Shown here piece after piece: positions 49,504 to 57,985 of a stretch of 64,000 nt of DNA. Position 1 is the stretch's first letter. Each line of letters begins with the position of its first letter. The position numbers and the translations under genes are program-made. The DNA is from Bacteroidota bacterium. Its GTDB lineage: Bacteria > Bacteroidota > Bacteroidia > Chitinophagales > Saprospiraceae. Under the pieces are notes generated by a model. The model made no database searches, was not told the DNA's origin, and was given only the letters and a program-made list of their open reading frames with translations. The DNA lies in assembly GCA_029567325.1 (NCBI GenBank), contig JAKQLF010000055.1, forward strand, positions 1,581-65,580, in the 5' to 3' direction.

Positions 49504-49637
49504 TTGGTATTATAATATGTGCCAGAAAATTAAGAATTTTCATTCATTATTTGTTTTAATTTAAAAACTCTGCCATTAAAGAGTCATAAGTTTTGAATAA
49601 ACGCGGCAAAAAAAGAATTTTGCATACTAATAGAAAT

Positions 49638-50324
49638 ATGATGAAACTCATAAATATCCTTTGTATTGAAACCAGCACCGACGTTTGTTCTGTAGCAATC
49701 AGTCAAAATGGGAAACTCTTGTCCTGTGTTGAAAAAGTAAATACACAGAATCATGCTGAAGAAATCACTCTGATGATTGATCAATCTTTGAAGGAAGCAA
49801 AACTCAGTTTAAAGGAATTAAGTGCAGTAGCGGTTTCAGCTGGACCGGGTTCATATACAGGTTTAAGAATAGGTGTTAACACAGCAAAAGGTTTGTGTTT
49901 CGCTTTAGAAATTCCATTAATCGGACTTTCTAGTTTGGCAATTTTAGCTAATAGTATAGAAAATTGTGAAGAAGGTTCGATCATTATTCCTATGATTGAT
50001 GCCAGAAGAATGGAAGTATATACTGCCACATTTGATCATAACTATGAAGAATTAACTCCAACTCAAGCCTTGATCATTGATGAAAACTTTGCCCAATCAC
50101 ATGAAAATGACAGCATTTATCTGTGTGGAAATGGATATCAGAAGGCAATGGAGTATCTAAAATCATTGAAAATACAGTCTGGACATCAACTTGCTTCTGC
50201 CGTATATATGGTGAAAATCTCCCATTCTTATTTCAATGATTCAAAATTCGTTAATTATTTAAATTTTTCTCCATATTATTTTAAAGAGCCCAATATCACC
50301 AAGCCAGCATCAAGAAATACATAG
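49638..50324 (+). CDS. tsaB: tRNA t6A biosynthesis protein TsaB
   Basis: IETST, GPGSYTGLRIG, DARRMEVY. Confidence 0.95.
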   Translation: MMKLINILCIETSTDVCSVAISQNGKLLSCVEKVNTQNHAEEITLMIDQSLKEAKLSLKELSAVAVSAGPGSYTGLRIGVNTAKGLCFALEIPLIGLSSLAILANSIENCEEGSIIIPMIDARRMEVYTATFDHNYEELTPTQALIIDENFAQSHENDSIYLCGNGYQKAMEYLKSLKIQSGHQLASAVYMVKISHSYFNDSKFVNYLNFSPYYFKEPNITKPASRNT

Positions 50325-50453
50325 AATGTGAACTAAATTTATTCATAATTCGTTCTTTATATATATGAATTTTTTGATACAACAACTATCAAATTAAATA
50401 TTTTTCTAACATGTAATCAATTTTATATCTGATTAATACACAGATCTCAAATA

Positions 50454-50468
50454 TGGCATACTTCTTGA
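50454..50468 (+). promoter_or_regulatory. Candidate sigma54-type -24/-12 promoter
   Basis: TGGCA-N6-TTGA (consensus TGGCA-N6-TTGC), about 43 bp upstream of the ATG. Confidence 0.45.
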
Positions 50469-50511
50469 ATTACTCATATTATGAATTGCGTGAAACTATA
50501 ATAGTAAATTT

Positions 50512-50850
50512 ATGAGGAACAAAAAGAATGAAACAGTAACTCTTAAAAAGGGTAACAAGGAAGTTCAGCTGGATTACGCCGATTTGAGAAAGGCTGTGCT
50601 GGTACTAAGAGCTGTCAATCACAAGTTGAGGCAGAGAATGATTGATTTATTGGAAGATGGCGATCCGATGACCGTGACGGATATTTATATCAAGTTGCGA
50701 TTGGAACAATCTGTAGCTTCACAGCACCTTGCGATTTTAAGAAGAGCGGGAGTAGTAATTACAGAACGTCAGGGAAAATTCATTTATTACTCAATAAACA
50801 AAGACCGATTGGCACAAATATCTACACTTGTTGAAGACTTAGCTAGCTAG
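50512..50850 (+). CDS. ArsR/SmtB family regulator
   Basis: RAVNHKLR...EQSVASQHLAILR...GKFIYY. Confidence 0.92.
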   Translation: MRNKKNETVTLKKGNKEVQLDYADLRKAVLVLRAVNHKLRQRMIDLLEDGDPMTVTDIYIKLRLEQSVASQHLAILRRAGVVITERQGKFIYYSINKDRLAQISTLVEDLAS

Positions 50851-51046
50851 TATACATAAGCCGTAGCTTATATATAAATAAAGCTTGCTGCGTAATTCGC
50901 TCAAAATAAGACAAAACTCAGTAAGACTTAAACCAATGCTTTAAAAGTCTCATATTTAAATAAATTATAAAAAAATGTAATATTTATTTTTGAGATTAAT
51001 TATTTTTCTACATCTTTGTCTCTAGGTCGGAAAAATAAGGAAGCAA

Positions 51047-51352
51047 ATGAAAAGCACTAAGGTCGTTTTCAGTAGCGAAAAGCTAAACTATTCGTGTGAG
51101 CTTATGAGAGCTCTCGCACACCCCTTGCGGTTGCAGATTTTACAACAAATTGATCAGCACGGGGAAATTCATGTCAATCACATCTACAATGAGTTGCAGA
51201 TAGAGCAATCTATCACTTCGCAGCATCTCAAGGTTTTGAGACTTGCTGGTGTCGTAAACCAAGAGAAGGATGGAAAATTCATGAATTATACAATCAATTA
51301 TGACATACTCGAAAAAGCAGAGTATGCTGTAAACAGATTTTTAAGAAAATAA
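51047..51352 (+). CDS. ArsR/SmtB family regulator (paralog)
   Basis: RALAHPLR...EQSITSQHLKVLR...GKFMNY. Confidence 0.92.
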   Translation: MKSTKVVFSSEKLNYSCELMRALAHPLRLQILQQIDQHGEIHVNHIYNELQIEQSITSQHLKVLRLAGVVNQEKDGKFMNYTINYDILEKAEYAVNRFLRK

Positions 51353-51395
51353 AAAAAGCGATCAACGTTGTCTCAATGTTGATCGCTTTTTTTTT
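51351..51395 (+). terminator. Intrinsic terminator
   Basis: AAAAAAAGCGATCAACGTTG...CAATGTTGATCGCTTTTTTTTT. Confidence 0.88.
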
Positions 51396-51467
51396 ATTTA
51401 TTTTACTAAATCAGTCACACAAAATTATTTGGCGTGGTAGTTAATCCATTAAATAAAGTCATTTCAG

Positions 51468-52115
51468 ATGAATAGGATACTGAGAATACTCTTCTTGGCT
51501 ATAGTATTCTTTATGGGATACTTATGGTTTGGTCAATTATTTAAGTCTTGCAATAGGCCTAAGTCAGATATCGGTGTCTATTCTAATGAAGATGTTTCAA
51601 CAAATGAGGTCGATCAATTACCAAATAATGACTTTTTTTCTGATGAAGATTCTGTAGATTATTTTCCTGATTCAGAAGGTGAGTCCACAGACCCTATAGA
51701 TTATGAAAAACTGGACAATTTGATTGACACCAAAGGAAAACCACAACCAGAGGCTGTTAAAGAAGAAATCATCAAGGTAGAAGCAGTACAGCCTATCAAA
51801 GAAAATAAACCCAAGGAACAAAAACCAGTATCTACACCGGTAAATAAAGAAAATTCAGTGCCTTCTACTTATGTAAATGATGCAAATGAACCCTTTTTGG
51901 TCATTGCAGGAAGTTACCTGGTGGAGGAAAATGCAGCAGAGATGATTGCAACGCTCAAGAAAATGGGTTACTCTAGTGCTGAAAAAATCGTTTTTGATCT
52001 TTCAAAATTTTATTCTGTATGTGTTGGTAGGTATAAGGATCATGAGACTGCCTCAGAAACCGTCAAGAAATTGAAAGGTAGCGGGATAGAATCTTACGTT
52101 CACCGCAGGAAATAA
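51468..52115 (+). CDS. SPOR domain protein
   Basis: N-terminal TM, acidic/Pro linker, VIAGSY...NA...YSVCVG SPOR pattern. Confidence 0.85.
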   Translation: MNRILRILFLAIVFFMGYLWFGQLFKSCNRPKSDIGVYSNEDVSTNEVDQLPNNDFFSDEDSVDYFPDSEGESTDPIDYEKLDNLIDTKGKPQPEAVKEEIIKVEAVQPIKENKPKEQKPVSTPVNKENSVPSTYVNDANEPFLVIAGSYLVEENAAEMIATLKKMGYSSAEKIVFDLSKFYSVCVGRYKDHETASETVKKLKGSGIESYVHRRK

Positions 52116-52157
52116 TCACTAATTTTTCACATCTTTACTTTATTAAAAGATGTGTTT

Positions 52158-52859
52158 ATGTGTGGCAGATCCAGTCTTACCAAAACTGAAAAGGAACTTG
52201 AAGAAAGATTCCAGGCAAATTTCTACAGTGAAGATTTAGAGCGGTACAACCCTCTTCCCAATTACAATGTTGCACCTACCCATATGATGCCTGTCATCAC
52301 CAATGAAGATGTCCTACATTTCAATGTATATCGTTGGGGTTTGATTCCTTTTTGGGCAAAAGACGAAAAGATCGGGAGCAAAATGATCAATGCTCGTATT
52401 GAAACGATCATAGAAAAAACAACTTACAAAAATACTTTCCAGAAAAAGAGATGTCTCGTGCCAATGGATGGCTTCTACGAATGGAAAAAAGAAGGAAAGG
52501 ATAAAATACCTCATAGGATTGTTACTACAGATCAAGAAATCTTTTCTGTTGCCGGAATGTGGGAATCTTGGAAAAACCCAACAGGGCACACCATTCATAC
52601 CTTTACAGTGATCACATTGCCTGCTAATGAATGTATGTCTAAACTCCACGACAGAATGCCTGCCATTCTCAAAAAAGAAGAAGAAAAATTGTGGCTCAAC
52701 AATGATTTGACTCGGGATGATGCGCTGAGTTTATTACAACCTTATGAATCCTCTAAAATGGATTTTTACGAAGTTTCCAATAAAGTCAATAAAGTCAGTG
52801 AAAATGATCCCTCTTTGATTGAGAAAGTGCCTGTCATCAGGCAAGGTTCTTTGTTTTAA
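52158..52859 (+). CDS. SOS response-associated peptidase (SRAP/YedK)
   Basis: MCGR, YNVAP, WGLIPFW, INARIET, GFYEW, HDRMP. Confidence 0.95.
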   Translation: MCGRSSLTKTEKELEERFQANFYSEDLERYNPLPNYNVAPTHMMPVITNEDVLHFNVYRWGLIPFWAKDEKIGSKMINARIETIIEKTTYKNTFQKKRCLVPMDGFYEWKKEGKDKIPHRIVTTDQEIFSVAGMWESWKNPTGHTIHTFTVITLPANECMSKLHDRMPAILKKEEEKLWLNNDLTRDDALSLLQPYESSKMDFYEVSNKVNKVSENDPSLIEKVPVIRQGSLF

Positions 52860-52877
52860 ATCCCATTTCAATTAAGG

Positions 52878-52945
52878 CAATGGGATTTCAATGGGATTTC
52901 AATGGGATTTCAATGGGATTTCAATAGATTTCAATTGATTTCAAG
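52878..52945 (+). repeat. 11-bp tandem repeat CAATGGGATTT x4 plus degenerate 10-bp copies
   Basis: Copies at 52878, 52889, 52900, 52911, then CAATAGATTT and CAATTGATTT. Confidence 0.92.
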
Positions 52946-53050
52946 AGACCAAAGCGTAAGGGGGTAAAATTTTGCACCTTTTTCAAATTGATGTTCAATA
53001 AAGGTTTGATTTCAATCTCTTGTAAAAGAACGGTTATGTGGTATTTAAAC

Positions 53051-53086
53051 AAAAAAAGGCCTACCTGAAGACAAGTAGACCTTTTT
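53051..53086 (-). terminator. Intrinsic terminator after gldN, possibly bidirectional
   Basis: AAAAAAAGGCCTACCTG...CAAGTAGACCTTTTT. Confidence 0.75.
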
Positions 53087-53110
53087 AATATAAGTTTTAA
53101 AGAACGAGCA

Positions 53111-54025
53111 TTAATATTCCCACAAATCGTGCTCAAAATTGAACAGCTCTTCTTTTATTTTTTCTGATTGTAAAAGTACATCCATGTTGGCTGTGTCAGA
53201 CTTTGGATCGAAATAATCTTCCACCCTATAGTCTAGGATATTTGATCTTTTGTATATCACACTGCTAAAGAATCTATTGTCTATCAGATCAGACCAAGAC
53301 ATTGGTGCCATATCATTGTCATCACTCATGACTCTCTTTTTAGCCAACAATTCTCTTGCTTCAGGATAATAAATCCAAAATAATGGATATTCCAAAGGTC
53401 TATCAAGTCCTTCTACAACTTCTTCCATGATTGGAGCAATGCCCAAAATCCTATTCTTCAATACGGAAGCTTGCTCATCAAAAAACCAAATTTCTTTGAT
53501 TCTGAATTTCTTGATATTTCTCCAGTCTAAAGTGTTTTTAACCACTTCGATTTTTTCCTGATAAGTATCATAATCAAAACTAGGAATTGTGTCGATTTTA
53601 AACAGTTTTCCTTCTACCTCACTAGCTCCAAGTGGAGTTTTGAATTTTTCATCATCGAAAGCAGTGATGTCACCGTTAGAAATCAAGTCTTTCAATATGT
53701 TGAAAAAAGGCATTTCCTCTGCTCTCCAGGCTAAGTTTATCTTTTCTCTGGTATCAACAATTCTCCAAAATCTCTTTTCCCAAGCAATATCAGCTTCTCT
53801 GATAGGCTCGTAAGGTAAAACCACACTTTCTGTGATCATTCTCCTTGGAACGATATCGTCGATGTAAATATCTTCTGAAGGAACACTTGACTCAGTTATC
53901 TGAGGAGTGGTCGGCGTTGAAGGCGTTGTAGGTGCAGGATTTGTTACTCCTTGAGCTTGAACTGCCATCATACCTCCTAAACAAAGGAAGGATGCAAGAC
54001 CTGTTTTAATTAATTTGTTGTTCAT
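53111..54025 (-). CDS. gldN: Gliding motility/T9SS protein GldN (PorN)
   Basis: READIAWEKRFWR..D.REKIN, IKEIWFFD, LFWIYYP, FEHDLWEY. Confidence 0.93.
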   Translation of the reverse strand: MNNKLIKTGLASFLCLGGMMAVQAQGVTNPAPTTPSTPTTPQITESSVPSEDIYIDDIVPRRMITESVVLPYEPIREADIAWEKRFWRIVDTREKINLAWRAEEMPFFNILKDLISNGDITAFDDEKFKTPLGASEVEGKLFKIDTIPSFDYDTYQEKIEVVKNTLDWRNIKKFRIKEIWFFDEQASVLKNRILGIAPIMEEVVEGLDRPLEYPLFWIYYPEARELLAKKRVMSDDNDMAPMSWSDLIDNRFFSSVIYKRSNILDYRVEDYFDPKSDTANMDVLLQSEKIKEELFNFEHDLWEY

Positions 54026-54088
54026 TTCTTTGATTCTTATTTTTATTTACAAATCCTCAATTGAGAAACGTATAAGAACAGTTTACTA

Positions 54089-55654
54089 TTATCTAATATT
54101 TACAATAACATCACCCAATGGTCTAGATGCTCCATCACCAGGACATCTACCCTTGATATCTCTGAAAAGGTAAGTATCTCCAGTAGTTGCTTTACTAACT
54201 ACACCAGAAGACTTACCATTATACCTTCCACCTTGATTAGGGCTAAACTCTGGATCTTCTCGTCTAGGTTGTCTAATCAATAAGAAATCGGTTATTTCAC
54301 ATCGAGCATCAAAATCAAATTGTTCCAAAACAGCGATCAAACCTTGGTAAGCTTTGAATTGTCCATCTCCCATCGTACCCCCACCTTGAGTAGGTGTAAA
54401 CCTAGGCAGTGGATTTGGAATTCTTTTTACTCTGAACTTTTTGGAAGAATTCATACCCGGAGCAGAAACAGAAACATTGGCTTCAGCGCCTCCGCTTACC
54501 TTTACATTATAAGATCCATCACTATTTCTTGAAATAGATCCGTTGTCAATGCTAACTTTAATCTGGTTACTATTTACACCCGCAGCGGAAACTTCGATTG
54601 GATTATCAACACCCATATAAAACACGTTCATTTTGGTTGCTGATATAGCCACAGATTTTTCACCCACTTCATATTCAAATTCTGATGTGTAAGTTTTTTT
54701 CTCACCTGTCACAGGGTTGGTTACCGTTGCAGATGCAGTATACTTTTTCTGACCTAATCCTGAAGCAGATGCTGAATAAGTAGCAATTCCATCAGAATTC
54801 ACACTTACTGGAGCACCATTTACAGACATAGAAATTCCTGTATTAGTATTTCCAGCAGCAGCTGACAAGAAAACTTCTGTTTCGAAAGTTTCACCCCTAG
54901 TCAAATATGTTTTCTTTGGTGCAGATACCACACGGTATTCATCAAAAACAACTTCAGTAGTAGTTCCAACTTTGCTCGCCAAATAATTTAGTACAGCTGC
55001 CTCAGAACTTTTGAGGTCATTTTGAAATTTAGTGAAAATTGGCAAGGTTGCACCAATTGGCATGTGACCAAAAGTAAAATCTGCCCAATCTTCTTTTTTA
55101 TTCAAAGAGTTTTTCCACTTTTCATTGTCGATTTCTATTGGCAGGGAGAAAGTTTTTCTATCTTCTTCATCTATGAGATCAAGCATTTTCTTTTTGATAT
55201 CCTCCATCTTCACCCTCAATTCCTCTCCTTTTCCATTGATAACCATCAATCTGGTTGTAGCATCATAGTTTCTTTTACCTCGAAGTTCTTTTTCTCCGTT
55301 GTTTAATACTACGTAATCATCATCATCTACTTTACCGTTGATGTTTCCTCCTTCATCAATTAATTTATCGACGATGTCAGCAATAAAAGAAGATCCATCT
55401 TTAGATAAATCTCTGACAACGTCTACACGATCAGCATATTTTTGAAGTTCATCTTTTTTCTTAGCGCCATCTTTGATCACTTTGGGCATTTTTTCGTTTG
55501 CTCCATCAAGCGTTTTATTTGCCGTCTTCAACCCTTCGTTGACCATGTCAAATGCATTGAATATCTCCGCGGAAACGTTTAGAGCTAAAAGCGCGGTCAA
55601 TACCAGATACATGACGTTGATCATCAATTGCCTGGGTTCCTTTGGTATAGACAT
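54089..55654 (-). CDS. gldM: Gliding motility/T9SS motor protein GldM (PorM)
   Basis: PRQLMINVMYLVLTALLALNVS, KMNVFYMGVDNP. Confidence 0.95.
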   Translation of the reverse strand: MSIPKEPRQLMINVMYLVLTALLALNVSAEIFNAFDMVNEGLKTANKTLDGANEKMPKVIKDGAKKKDELQKYADRVDVVRDLSKDGSSFIADIVDKLIDEGGNINGKVDDDDYVVLNNGEKELRGKRNYDATTRLMVINGKGEELRVKMEDIKKKMLDLIDEEDRKTFSLPIEIDNEKWKNSLNKKEDWADFTFGHMPIGATLPIFTKFQNDLKSSEAAVLNYLASKVGTTTEVVFDEYRVVSAPKKTYLTRGETFETEVFLSAAAGNTNTGISMSVNGAPVSVNSDGIATYSASASGLGQKKYTASATVTNPVTGEKKTYTSEFEYEVGEKSVAISATKMNVFYMGVDNPIEVSAAGVNSNQIKVSIDNGSISRNSDGSYNVKVSGGAEANVSVSAPGMNSSKKFRVKRIPNPLPRFTPTQGGGTMGDGQFKAYQGLIAVLEQFDFDARCEITDFLLIRQPRREDPEFSPNQGGRYNGKSSGVVSKATTGDTYLFRDIKGRCPGDGASRPLGDVIVNIR

Positions 55655-55700
55655 ATTTTCTTATTTAATTATTAAGCAATAAATTATAGACTATACCCTA

Positions 55701-56294
55701 TTAGTTCTGTTTTACTGTAAATGCATTGAGTACATTACCATAAACTGAATTAAGAGAAGAAAGATTTTTATTCAGAGAAACCATTTGTTCTTTGTACAAT
55801 TTTGTATCATCAACAGTATCGTTGAGTTGTTTCATAGCTTCGCCCATCTTTGTATAAAAGTTGTGCATAGTTTTGAGTTGCTCAGAAGTTTCAGAAAAAT
55901 CTACTTCTTGCAAAGCTTTTAAAGACGATAAACTCTTGGACATATTTTGTAACTCGCTGAGCATACCAGTAAGGTTAGTTTCTACTACATCGCTATTTAA
56001 TGGCTTTGCACTACTACTTGCTGATAAACCAGATACTGCTGCTCCACCTGAAACAAGGCCATCAGCTTTATCAAGACCTGGATATAATTTCTCCCAGTAA
56101 TAATCTTTGTCTGGTGGTAACAAACCTAACATTAAAAATAAGAAAGCTTCTGTTAATAAGCCGGCAGTAATCGCTGGACCACCCCATGAATAACTGTTAA
56201 TTTTTCCTAATGCACCTATCATAACTACGGCGGCACCCACACCAATAATTAAGTTTTTTAGATATTTAAATTGAGATGTCTTATAAAAGCTCAT
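55701..56294 (-). CDS. gldL: Gliding motility/T9SS motor protein GldL (PorL)
   Basis: GAAVVMIGALGKI, GLLTEA, WEKLYP, LNSVYGNVL. Confidence 0.95.
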   Translation of the reverse strand: MSFYKTSQFKYLKNLIIGVGAAVVMIGALGKINSYSWGGPAITAGLLTEAFLFLMLGLLPPDKDYYWEKLYPGLDKADGLVSGGAAVSGLSASSSAKPLNSDVVETNLTGMLSELQNMSKSLSSLKALQEVDFSETSEQLKTMHNFYTKMGEAMKQLNDTVDDTKLYKEQMVSLNKNLSSLNSVYGNVLNAFTVKQN

Positions 56295-56410
56295 TGTCTT
56301 TCGATTTTAAAAAATTAATAAATTTAGCACACAGTTTTATACAAACGCAGGTACCAACATCGAAAGATGGTCTGCGGTAATATATTTAAGTTAAAAGTTC
56401 AATTAATTGA

Positions 56411-57652
56411 TTAGAAGTCGTTTATAGATCTTCCTAGGAATGTTATAGCACATCTAAATCCAATATAAGATTTAGTAGTGTCTTGATATTCCCAATGTCT
56501 GGTTCCAGTCTGTAAGAAGTAAGAAATATCTTTCCAGCTACCACCTCTGATTACTTTTCTTTTGAGTATTTCAGGGTCAGTTTCTGAAGCATTGTATTTG
56601 TATTCAGGATTTAAATCATGTTCTGAGTTATAAGCATTTTCTGCGTATGCAGAACTTGTCCACTCAGCAACGTTTCCAGCCATACAATACAAACCGTAGT
56701 CATTTGGAAAATATTCATCAGCCTTAACGGTGTATAATCCTCCGTCTTCAGGATAATTACCTCTACCAGGTTTAAAGTTTGCTAATAAACAACCTTTCGC
56801 GTTTCTTGCATAATAACCTCCCCAAGGATATGGAGCTAAATCTCTACCGCCTCTGGCTGCATATTCCCATTCTGCCTCAGAAGGCAATCTAAACTCCTCA
56901 GTTTGAATTTCTTCCTCAGCTTTGTAAGCATTGTATAACTGTGTTCTCCATTTGCAAAAAGCAGTTGCTTGCGCCCAGTTTACACCGACGACAGGATAAT
57001 CGTCAAATGCTGGATGGGAAAAATAATTTCTTGTATAAGGTTCATTATAAGAATATGAGAAATCTCTAATCCAACAAAGTGTATCAGGATAAACTGCTAC
57101 TTCATAACTGTTGATGAGATCTTTTCTATTACCATTTTTGTCATGAGCAGCTTTCAACCAATTGAAATCTTTGTACTTGTACTTCAACTTTGTAGTATTA
57201 AACTCTCTTGAACCGTTGATGGCCATATCACCTTGATAAAACAATTCATCTAATGTTGGATCTGAATAATCTAACTCAAGTTCCCAATCGATGAGGTCAT
57301 TTCCTAAATCATCTTGATAAAAATCTCCCATGACAACGTGAGCGATAGAATCTCTTACCCAATCGACAAATTGTCTGTATTCGTTGTTGGTGATTTCAGT
57401 ATCATCCATGAAAAATCCCTGAATGGAAATTGACTTAGGTTTTTGAAGATAAGTAGAAAAGATGTCTTGATCACTCTGACCGATGTGGACCTGACCAGAA
57501 GGTACATATACCATTCCATAAGGATTCGTTACCTTCCATTGTGGGCGATTTGGCACACCTGTCAGGTTACCATTTTGCTTTGATGAAGATCCACAAGACG
57601 ACGCTACCATAATCCCTATGACAGCGATAAGAAAATACATTGATTTTTTCAT
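56411..57652 (-). CDS. gldK: Gliding motility/T9SS lipoprotein GldK (PorK)
   Basis: Lipobox SSC; FGE-sulfatase-like DDTEITNNEYRQF, RLPSEAEWEYAARGG, RGGSW; first gene of the KLMN cluster. Confidence 0.93.
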   Translation of the reverse strand: MKKSMYFLIAVIGIMVASSCGSSSKQNGNLTGVPNRPQWKVTNPYGMVYVPSGQVHIGQSDQDIFSTYLQKPKSISIQGFFMDDTEITNNEYRQFVDWVRDSIAHVVMGDFYQDDLGNDLIDWELELDYSDPTLDELFYQGDMAINGSREFNTTKLKYKYKDFNWLKAAHDKNGNRKDLINSYEVAVYPDTLCWIRDFSYSYNEPYTRNYFSHPAFDDYPVVGVNWAQATAFCKWRTQLYNAYKAEEEIQTEEFRLPSEAEWEYAARGGRDLAPYPWGGYYARNAKGCLLANFKPGRGNYPEDGGLYTVKADEYFPNDYGLYCMAGNVAEWTSSAYAENAYNSEHDLNPEYKYNASETDPEILKRKVIRGGSWKDISYFLQTGTRHWEYQDTTKSYIGFRCAITFLGRSINDF

Positions 57653-57985
57653 CCTCTATTAAACGCAATATTAATTAACACACAAAAACGCTTCAAAATT
57701 ACATCTGTTTTCTGAACAGTCATATAATTTTTTCTAATATTTAAACTTTAACTATAAAAACAACTATTTTATTGTAGTCGTCTTAAAATTAAAGCTTTTA
57801 AAACCTAAATGTCCTTAGAACAATTTTCTAACTCCAGAATTAAAACAAGAATCGCTCCAAAAATCATGATTGTTCCAAAAAAAAATAGAAATCTTTACTC
57901 CCAAACACGAATCAAAAACGCTTTCATCCATATCATATTGTATTTCAGACAAAAATGAATAAAAGTTCTTCACTACAAAATATAT

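Noticed and set aside
49040..49564. 174-aa plus-strand ORF and the many other short overlapping ORFs in the track
   Set aside because: Antisense or out-of-frame shadows of well-supported genes, with no recognisable motifs.
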